Positions 54,601 to 64,000 of a DNA stretch of 64,000 nt are shown one piece after another. Every line of letters starts with the position of its first letter. Within the stretch, counting starts at the first letter, position 1. Under the pieces are notes generated by a model. The model had not been told where the DNA came from. It was given only the letters and a program-made list of their open reading frames with translations, and did no database searches. This DNA is from Kudoa neothunni (Eukaryota; Animalia; Cnidaria), in NCBI GenBank assembly GCA_964304625.1, contig OZ199839.1, positions 11,252,847 to 11,316,846 of the forward strand, written 5' to 3'. Position numbers and translations under genes: made by a program.

Positions 54601-54892
54601 ATAGATAATTATGGTATCTATTAAATTTATATCCAACCTTAGGCGATTTAAATTATTACCTAGATAACAAAAACGAAAATTCAAAAAGGAATGTTGGGTA
54701 CCTAAAATACAAGTTAATTTATGGTAAATATTTTTAGGTCGGCCAATATGTATGTTGGAATGTAAGTTAAAGGGTTGAATTTGTCTCTTAGTCTCATTTA
54801 GAATTGCAACCATCGTTATTCTAGTCGGTATAGTAATAGGTGTATGGACTATTTATAGAAGGCGACAATGGAAAATTATTCATGAAATTTAG
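51640..54892 (+). CDS. Type-I membrane surface protein, divergent copy C of the Cys-stapled FN3-like family
   Basis: Signal exon MISMIGCIWVFLLFTS (intron 51689-51730). Modules SDLCLY...VCGRYKCINFC, MCRVMI...NCDSYGSLCYDRC...GLKSNMNYFIKI and SCLIV...ICGENIYCVLPC. Pro/Ser/Thr stalk exons, 24-nt microexon 54738-54761, TM IIATIVILVGIVIGVWTIY, tail RRRQWKIIHEI*. Confidence 0.82.
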
Positions 54893-56207
54893 AAAAATGA
54901 GCCATCACGAATAACTTATTTTATTAATTTTAATTTATAGATTTTTTATTAGTATTCGACATATTTTAGTTTCAAAGGCTTTTTTTGCAGAAGTATTTTT
55001 TCATAATAAAATCTCTTTAATTATATTATATTGGATAATCATAATCAGTCATATTAGGGTAGTTGGTGATACTGTAAATTAGCTTTTTGTATAGATACAC
55101 TCACGAATATAATAAAGCATCAAATTAAGGATAAGGTTGTTTAATTCTTCTCTCAGAATTTTCATAAAAATTATGAAATTCCCTTAAATTTGAAAAATAT
55201 TTATACAATATCACGGAAAAAATTGTCCGCATTTTACTAGTAAAAGCGTTCAATTTCCAGCTATTTAGGTTATAAACGATAAATTTAAGTCTATATTTCA
55301 GTAATTATTTTTCAATATATGACACTAATAGTATAATTGATATACATTAATTTAAACCATTTTAAATTAATAAAAATAATTAAATATTGTTTTGAACGAA
55401 TTTTATCAATTTGTATTGTTATGAATGGTGAAAAGCTTTACGATACTCTAATATAATTCAAAATTTATTTACATGAATGTACAATAAAGCTCAGACGAAA
55501 AAATATTTAATGGATAAATTTATTAATGTCTTACTTCATTTTGTAATATTTTCCATTAACATTATAGAATTTTAATTATATGTCCAATAAAATATGGCTT
55601 AAAATTTTGTGTATATGAGAAAAATTTGGAAAATCAATAAATGAAAAAACTAAATTTTTTGAAGTCAATATGTTTGATTCATTATGGTGATTCTAGCGTA
55701 AAAATTACTTTTTTTACTCTGTTTGTTCTAAGTAAAGTGAGAAGAGGTCCTAAATTGTTAGGTTTGCAGTTTTGTTCACTTGGAGGAACGCAGGGAACAT
55801 CTACCAATTTAATTTTAAGAATTTTAATTATTTTTCATATAAAAAGAGGGATGAGATACTGGTCGGTGATTTTACTTTTTTGTAACATTTTCCATCTGTG
55901 ATACAAGCTATTTTAGCCATATTCAAGCAACGCTTATGTTCCTATGATAAATTACTATTATTAGATACATAATAATAGAAGAAAGCAAGAAGATGAATAT
56001 ATTTTGTTAGCATTATGTTTATACATTGGGATCATTATGTTCATTTGTATTCGTCGGCTCCACACACCAATTATAAGTTACTCCCTATTATATATTATTT
56101 TATTTTAAAATATAGTTACGAAAATATGGACATTACCAAACAAGCAGTGCAAGGTAAAGGTGGTTTGAAGGATTGTACTAAATTGAATTTGTAGATAAAT
56201 TGAAAAA

Positions 56208-56340
56208 TTCACTACTAATTATACTTGTGTGATCGTCACAATAAGCTAAGACTGGACAAAATAAACTTCGATCGGTTCACTACTAATTATATCTTTTGAT
56301 TCTCACTATAAGCTAAGCTGACAAAATAAACTTCGTTCGG
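56208..56340. repeat. Two-copy imperfect tandem duplication (about 66 bp)
   Basis: ttcactactaattata...ataagctaag...gacaaaataaacttcg.tcgg occurs at 56208-56275 and 56276-56340. Confidence 0.85.
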
Positions 56341-57974
56341 GAAATGTTGGTGAAACAAGTGGACGTCCGAAATAGCTTCTTGTACATTTCGTTGCTAAAT
56401 GAGATTTATTGAAACAATTTTTATAGTCTATATACCAATCTAGCAAACATTTTTTCGTTTATAACCCTTGTAAAGTTGTATTAATTCTAAGATGCTCTAG
56501 GAGACAGCTCGGGCTAAATGAATAATGTTTATAGTATAATTAAATTTTATAATTAATAATTACGTTGTCATCGGATTTTACTAACTTTATGAACAAGTCT
56601 ACTACATATGAATACAGTAAAATATTCGAATAACTTAGTGCAATCCGCTGTAGCTGTACATTACTACCAACCTCGAGTTAATTTATTCCTCCGATTAAAG
56701 ATTAATTCGGTTTCCTATATTTATATCTGATGATAATAATAAGATAAAATTTATACAATATCAATATTAATAATAGATTTTGATTAGTTTTATTCTTTGC
56801 ATTTACCCAATCAGAGAATTTTGAGTAGATACTGATTATCAGAATAATAATGATATAATTTTATTAATTAATATAATTTATATTTAGATAGTTTCGATAA
56901 AACAATAATCTTATTTCTCATTTTACAGAATAAAATATTCAATAATGTTTAAAAATTACCTATCAATTTAAATTATTGAATGATTAAAAAAATTATAATA
57001 AATTATATTATATTGCTAAAATATATCTCAATATTTTAATCTGTGGTAATTATTATCCTTTGATAAAAAATGAAATGATTTTTATTGATAATATTAACTC
57101 TTAAGAGTTTCTAAATAATTAATATAAGTACACTTTTAATATCACTACTATCCATAATCTTTATTCAATATCTTATAATCATTGTATATAATATTGATTT
57201 TTTGTTAATCTGATTTTAATTTAATTTACTACGTCACTGCAATATGTGAGAGAGGAAGTTAATTAAAATCCGTTAAAGCGTTGAGTTTGCATTCTTAAAA
57301 AGTAAAGAGAGTTTTCAATGATCTTTTTTACTTTTGTAAATCAATCCACACACTAAAAATAAAAATTTAATTTCAACATAACGTTCAAGTTTTGTAATTC
57401 CAACTAAAAAATATAAAAATACCGTTTCAAATATATTGTTCTAGTTTTAAATATAACTTTTTTCGTCGTAAATATATATTTTTCATAAAATTACAAAATA
57501 CACAAAATAAAATTTGATAGTATTAAAGGAAGTGATAAATAAAATTAATTATCTCAATTTAATAACGATATACAATTTTATAGTATTTATTGATGCGCAA
57601 ATAAATTTAAAATAATTATAAAATCCAAGCTTAATAAATTCTATTAAACGTAATAGAAACAATATTTACCTACAAAAAGCCTCAAATTTTTATATCCTGA
57701 CTTAAATTCAATTGATTGTATTATTAAAATACGAATTCATAAAAATACATATTTTATAATCAATTGCTATTTGAATAATATCGACAAAATTATTCAAAGG
57801 GGCGTAACACCAGACTCCCATTTATATTCGATTATATTGATATAAAAAAAAATAGATATTAAATAGTGAAAGTTAAATGCACATTTTTTGTAATAGATCA
57901 GACAAATAAAGCTAATTTGGATATCAGATCGTGCGAGGCAATCTTCGGGGAATGGATGGGATTCTCGTCAAGCC

Positions 57975-59441
57975 ATGTGTGCCACGACAATGAGGGAAGT
58001 GATAAGTGTTGGGGTTGGAAATGTGGGTTGTGACTACCTCGCTGAATATTTCAACCGCTTAAACGACTATTTACCACTTGAAAGCTTTAATAAAAATCTC
58101 CAGTTCGATAACGATCAACCAAGAGTTATATTTGTCGATCATATTGATGGTTTCAATAACACGAACGAGACCAACTCTGTGAACATCACCCCAATACAAT
58201 TTTCAGATGTATTTACCACAAAACCTCCTAATCAAAACCTCAAACTTTGGCGCAAAAATTATTGTTTCGACAAACAAATCAAACACGACAATTGTGTTCC
58301 CATTGTAGAATATCCAATAATGAAAATGCGGCAGGCGAGCATCAACAAATTATTAACAATATTATGTTGTGCGAGCAACTCATCAGCAACTCAAAATACA
58401 CTGAAACAATGGAAGAATGTTTGCGAACAAATGTGGAAAAATGTGATAGTTTATCAGATTTGAATTGATCACCGATACCACATCCCCTTATCACATGATG
58501 AAATGTGACCTAATAGAACGTCTGAATGACGATTATAGTTCCAAAGTGATATTGGATTTTACGTTGGAAACAGACAACACATCTCTTCCGTTAATGACAA
58601 AAGGATTTCTATCAATCACTAAGTTGGTATCATCGAGTCGATTTTTTCAAAATCATCCAAACTGTTTTATACCCGTTAATTTGGCTAATGTTGATAGGTC
58701 CTCATTCGTAGATTGTATTCATCAACTCAACTCACTATGGACACTGCCTAACAATCAGTGCACCACATCGATAGGTCTAATCTCTCATTGAATCAGTTTG
58801 TGTACGATATTACTAACACACCTTTTGGGGTATCGAGTGGGGGACTGATTGGGTGTGCATTCGATCGAAACACCCATAAATCCGACTCATTAGTAGCTCA
58901 GTTGGATAATTGGTCACAGTTGGAGAATGGGCTTGGTTCGCACCTCCATCCAACTCATCCTCTTGTACCACATTCGAACGAATTGCACACTCAATACATG
59001 TGTGTGGTGAATGTCGAATGGGATTGTTCAAAGATTTCTCATCGAAATTACCGAATTGTAAATGGCGCCAAGCTGTAAATTTACATATTCCAAGTGGTTG
59101 TCTTTCGACTAGAGATATTTTGGATGGTTTCCTCAAATACAACTATTATGGTGTAAAATCCTTCAGTTTTATCCTACCCAAAGTGTGTGCTACCTCTAAA
59201 AATAATGTGGTTTCCTTCTTCAATGGAAAACAATCCTACAATTACGTGTATGACATGTACAAAAACGCGGAAAAATATTTAGCCTCCTTCCTCAAAAGAA
59301 ATCCTTCGATGGAACAATACGAACCATCTATAATAAGATACTCTCGGGGATCTCCTAAGTAACACAACTAAAATAATGAAGCTGTATGATCCCACTAGAG
59401 CATTTGAGGATTTTGGGGATGAGATCGACTATGATGATTGA
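57975..59441 (+). CDS. MSTO1: Misato/DML1 tubulin-like protein (frameshifted in this assembly)
   Basis: MREVISVGVGNVG, PRVIFVD, LKLWRKNY and MEECLRTNVEKCDSLSDLN/LITD match Misato (EDRLHFYVEECDYLQG-like). Five frame switches, no introns. Confidence 0.75.
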
Positions 59442-59569
59442 TAATCTCATTACGCTTCCAAATTATATAATATATATTTAATAATTTTTTATGTTTATTT
59501 TATACATAAATTTGTTTATACGCGCACTCATTTCTCAAATAGAAACCGCATATTTAAATACAGCAGAAA

Positions 59570-60901
59570 ACTATAGTTGATTCTATTATGTTCATATACA
59601 GTAACAAGCTAAGTGGTATTAGTTTCTCTTTTTGGTAGCGGATATGCGAATTTTTCTCAGCGGTAGAAGCCGAGGGCCATTGTCCGTATTTGTAAAAGGT
59701 TCTTACGTCATAAGAATTGTTTAGAATTTTCCTTGTAGGAGGCCAGGCATTTAGATAGATAGAATCGCCACTTTTCGATTCTATATTAGTGAATAATAAC
59801 GTAAAAAGAAGAAAAAATCAATGGCGAAAACCTTGTTGGTTATCTTGGACTGATAGCTCCTAAAGAAAACTCATGAAATTATTGTTATTCGATGCGTTGG
59901 AGGAAACCTTTTACGTTGAGATGAAGAATGTTTGGTTGAGGTGGATGGGGGATTATCGCTCTAACATTTGCGTTAAATAAACCACAACAAGAATCAAATA
60001 CTTCAGGGCCATTCTCACAAACTCCATCACTTCAAGAGTATTAAATTAAATCAACGAAAAACCTACTCTATTACTTCCTATGGATTTTATCAAAATCAAC
60101 AAAACAAACAGTATCATGAGTGTCCGCATAATAAAATCTAAACCTTCTTTAACAATAGAGAGCGGTTTCTTTTCACAACTATCGAATAGAATGGCAATTC
60201 TATTCTTCCAAACACATCATATACCTAAATCGTCATATTATCACCACTATAACTTAATCTAATGTAAACCTCTCCAATGTGAGTTTATCCGGTAGAAACA
60301 CAGAGGTTCCTATGTCAACAACCTTGGTATTTGGATCAGCCTTTACAACCACTAAATATGCAATTGTTTAGAGTAGATCGATGTGAAAGTTGCAATTGTT
60401 ACTGGTGTTCTCTATGACATTTAAAAACACTCCCAAACAAATAGCATTAGTGCTGGTTATTAGATGAACGTCTTTAATGTGTGAATCGTCAACCATCATA
60501 TTATGGTTATTTGTCTGTTATTCAAAAATACATTCTCAAATTCATGATAGTCATTAAAAGCATTATACATTATTATCCATGTGGTAATCATTCTCAGATG
60601 AAAGCTCACCATCCTCTAATGGTGTTAGAGAGGGGTTGAGAAATATGATTTAAGTTTGAAATCGAAGTGGGTTGGTTGGAGCTAGTTTGAATAGTAGTAA
60701 CAACCTCCTCATTCTCCGATGTGTCAGAGGAAGATGTGAGGTCTGAATCTAACTGAAAGCAAACTTTGATATTACATCTGTTGGTATTTTGGGCAATAGT
60801 TTGCTAGAGTCATAACAGTCGGATTTTTCATTCGTAACTACATTGGCCGAGATATATTCCAAATCCGACACCTTATTTTCATCATCTGTATCTCGTTCCA
60901 T
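59570..60901 (-). CDS. NAF1: H/ACA RNP assembly factor NAF1 (absent from ORF track)
   Basis: Acidic N-terminus MERDTDDENK... and Gar1/Naf1 core ICLGVFLNVIENT|VVVKADPNTKVVDIGTSVFLPDKLTLGE|VYDVFGRIELPFYSIVV across short introns. The 3' end is approximate and the N-terminus contains apparent indels. Confidence 0.8.
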
Positions 60902-61087
60902 TATGTTTCGAGACTAATCTCGTTTGTTAGTAGTTTAGAAGATTTTAACAATTTAATAATCAGTTATAGTGTGAAAATAAGAATGTTGGAATGTGTGAAT
61001 ATCGCGTCTAATCGTGTATCATCGGTGTAAAAATAAACCAAATATTTCAGTGTGTTTGGTCTGAGAGTGTTAACGATAACGATCATT

Positions 61088-62220
61088 ATGTCGAAGAAAC
61101 GAGTTAAATTTTCAGATAAGTTAGTAAGCGACGTGTTTGAATCGAGAAAGATGACCCTTATACAATAAGTCATGTTACAATTTTTCCAGCGTGATTAAAC
61201 GTTCAACCACTGATTCCGGTTCCAGTCAAGATAACATTAATGAAAAAATCGGGGAACACTATTCCAACTTAGAGAGGGATGAGATGGGCGATAAAAATGT
61301 CGATTTTATTGGATGTTTATTGGATGACAAATCTCGCACTGATCGCCTCGATATAAGCAAAGTCACAGGGCAGGAAAATTCCACTATCACCCAAGATGGT
61401 GACATCAAAATTACACCATTAATTTAAACGTAATTATCATCAGTTGGATATGGATATACGCCTACACAATGTTGAATTTTATTCATCTAAAATTGAAAAA
61501 TTTAGGATGAAATGGAATATGGACATTTCGATGGAACTGGTTGTTTCGTTTTTAGAAAAGAGAATGAAGATTTACAAGATAATTGGTTGGATAGTGTGGA
61601 TTGGGATCAAATAAAACAACCCTCAACTATCTCCAAATCTCAACCAATAGAATCCATTTCAACTAATGAATATGATGCATTGGATGTTGTTGAGATGTAT
61701 AGACAAATAATGGATATGTTGAATGATCATGAAACAATACTGAAAGCAATTATAAGATATGGCAAGGATAAAACTCAAAAAGCCAACCTCGAAAAACTCA
61801 CCGAACTAGCCGACCAACTTCTAACTAATGGAGAGGTGAATGTGTATGAATTTTCCAAAGCTATGCTACAACACAAGCTAACTAAAACGACGTCGAATGA
61901 TTTGAACGATTTGAATGAATCGGATAATGAAGATGACGATCTTGAAAATGCATTCAATCACAAAACTCCACAGTCAACTTCGAACTCAACCCCAAACGAT
62001 GGGTTGCCTCAGTCGACTGCTCCTCTTTGGAATACAAATGGGAAGACAACAAAGCAGCTCAAATATACGGTCCATTTTCCACAGAACAAATGGCCGAATG
62101 GAAGAATAATGGTTTCTTCCAAGCATGTATTTATGTCGAAAAGTGGCGGAACCTGACTCATTTGGAAATGAATCGGATTTCCATTCGAGTGAACGAATCG
62201 ATTTTGATTTGTATCTTTAG
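61088..62220 (+). CDS. CD2BP2: CD2BP2/U5-52K (Lin1) GYF-domain protein (frameshifted in this assembly)
   Basis: GQENSTITQDGDIKITP(F)NL|DEMEYGHFDGTGCFVF, DNWLDSVDW, ETILKAI, LTELADQLL, WEYKWE...IYGPFSTEQMAEWKNNGFF and ERIDFDLYL*. Intron at about 61430-61505. Confidence 0.92.
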
Positions 62221-62328
62221 TTTGGTGATAATTTGACCATTTTTGTATATTTTGTTTTCGTTATTTAATATTTCTATTTTTCTTATATAGCTTGTGAATT
62301 TTGTATATCTTAAGTTGTTTGAAATTTA

Positions 62329-63306
62329 CCCTCTAAGGACTTTTGGGGTCCAATGAACTCCACAAGTTTTATGGTCAATATGCATTAAAAATAAATAAAA
62401 ATAGCTACACGAGTATTATTCATTTTTGTCACATAAGAATTAGAAATATTCTATGAAATTAATAAATTAATGTTTATTTTTCGTAAGGATTTAATTGTTC
62501 ACACGTGAGCGTTAATTAAAATAGATAGGGTAAACCTTCATTTATACGCAAAAATTAAATTATAAAATCATAAAAGTAAATATTATCTAATTAAATGGAT
62601 TAATAACTAAATTCAGTCTAGTTGAAATGGAATCTTCCAAAAATTAATATATTTAATTATTTTATCGAAAATTGTGTTTGTGAAAAGATGAAAAGCAATC
62701 CAACATTCTTTTGACGCGCTGAGAATAATCGGTTATTGCGCCAGCGGGTTTTCGTGGTATTTCTACGTCGATTCTTGATGTTATCGGCTTATTAAAACCC
62801 CACATAATACCACCTTCACTGTTTATTGAGTCTTCAGTAATTCCATATTCCATCGATTCAGTTGACGTCTCAGATGATTCTGTATAGTTTCACTCAAACT
62901 CACTTCCTAAAGATTGAAATCCATCAATTTGCTCATCGGTTTCACTCATGTTTAGCGCGGGAAACGAGAGGTCGCGCGTCATTAGTTGAGCAGAATAACA
63001 ATACGCTCTTGAACAATAATTTAGAATATTAATCTTCTATTCAGTTCACTTGAATTATTTGTTCTCAAAACTTAAGACCGTCCAACAACCAACGGTTTTA
63101 TATGACGATTATGTGCGATCCGGCCCGACATAATGCCGACGAGATTATAACAGATTAATTACATAAATGATCGACCGTTTTTTTCAAGTTTAGTTGGCAG
63201 AATTTTTTTAAACTGAACTAAATGGTAGATCTATATTTATTAAGTTAATTCATCAAATAAAAACTGGGGTCTTTTGAGGGTGGTCGTTGTTGCTGACCTT
63301 TGAAGG
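62329..63306 (-). mobile_element. Internally deleted piggyBac derivative retaining the transposase N-terminus
   Basis: TTTA|CCCTCTAAGG...ggggtccaatgaactcc at one end and CTTTGAAGG|TTAA at the other. Minus-strand acidic N-terminal remnant MSETDEQ...GGIMWG...MLDCFSSF. Confidence 0.7.
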
Positions 63307-64000
63307 TTAATTGTGATATAAATTAAGCGACATTAACCATCCTAGCGTATTTTTGAATGATGTGGATTGCTGTATTATGTGTTTTGAATATAGTGATATA
63401 ATTATATTCTCTTTCAAAATTTATTTTTCTCTTCAAAATAAGTTTTTTCTATGACAATGAAAATTTTGAACGTAGTGAATAGTTAGTTTACTATATAACG
63501 AAGATACTGGTAATTATAAAGCCTGACATCTGAAAAACAACCTTTTGCGCATCTTTATTATCGCCAACCTTTTACGATTCTTTTTAACAAAATAAATAAA
63601 TAAATATGAGGAGAAAAAGTTCAGCTTCAAAAACTAACTTCTAAATCTTAACCAAATCGTACTTCGAGTGATATCGTCCACGCGTGTAATCTTCTTTATG
63701 TTTACAAAAACTTGTCAGTTTCATTATTCGTCACATATTTGATGACATTAGTTATATAAAATCACTTCAATTATTTTTCAAGATAATTATTTACCTAATG
63801 GGAGTTTAAATGCTCTATTTAATTTTGTTACATTTTACAAATTGAGCAAATCAATTTGTTCATATCCGATCGGTGAAATGTAAATCTCATTGAGATTTCT
63901 TATCTTAAAACAAGATTTTTAGTTTATAATTTTTTTTTGTAAATTTATATTCACTGGATAAAGTTATATGACTGAATTGCTTTGAAAATGCGATCATGAA

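Noticed and set aside
57975-58463. Canonical tubulin call from the MREV start
   Set aside because: No GGGTGSG signature. The motifs fit Misato better.

Overview
Strongly AT-rich eukaryotic (animal-like) nuclear DNA with the standard genetic code and very short spliceosomal introns, mostly 38-47 nt. This suggests a compact-genome parasite such as a myxozoan (inference, not proven). The ORF track fragments or misses most genes, so gene models were rebuilt by hand across GT/GC-AG introns. Conserved genes: TUBGCP6-like, GTF2H3 (with a GC-AG intron), MINPP1, Misato/MSTO1, NAF1 and CD2BP2, plus one unassigned gene. Two lineage-specific families stand out. (1) Three type-I membrane proteins built from Cys-stapled FN3-like modules on phase-1 exons, each with a microexon just before the TM exon and a variable stalk. 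(2) Two 8-exon genes absent from the ORF track that encode small secreted proteins with an identical 8-Cys spacing. Intergenic DNA is rich in decayed DNA transposons (piggyBac, pogo/Tigger, hAT, MULE), including two nested piggyBac insertions, one with its empty site also present in the window. A GCGTGCGC/NRF1-like motif sits just upstream of several housekeeping start codons. Genes at 58-62 kb carry repeated single-base frameshifts, most likely assembly errors.
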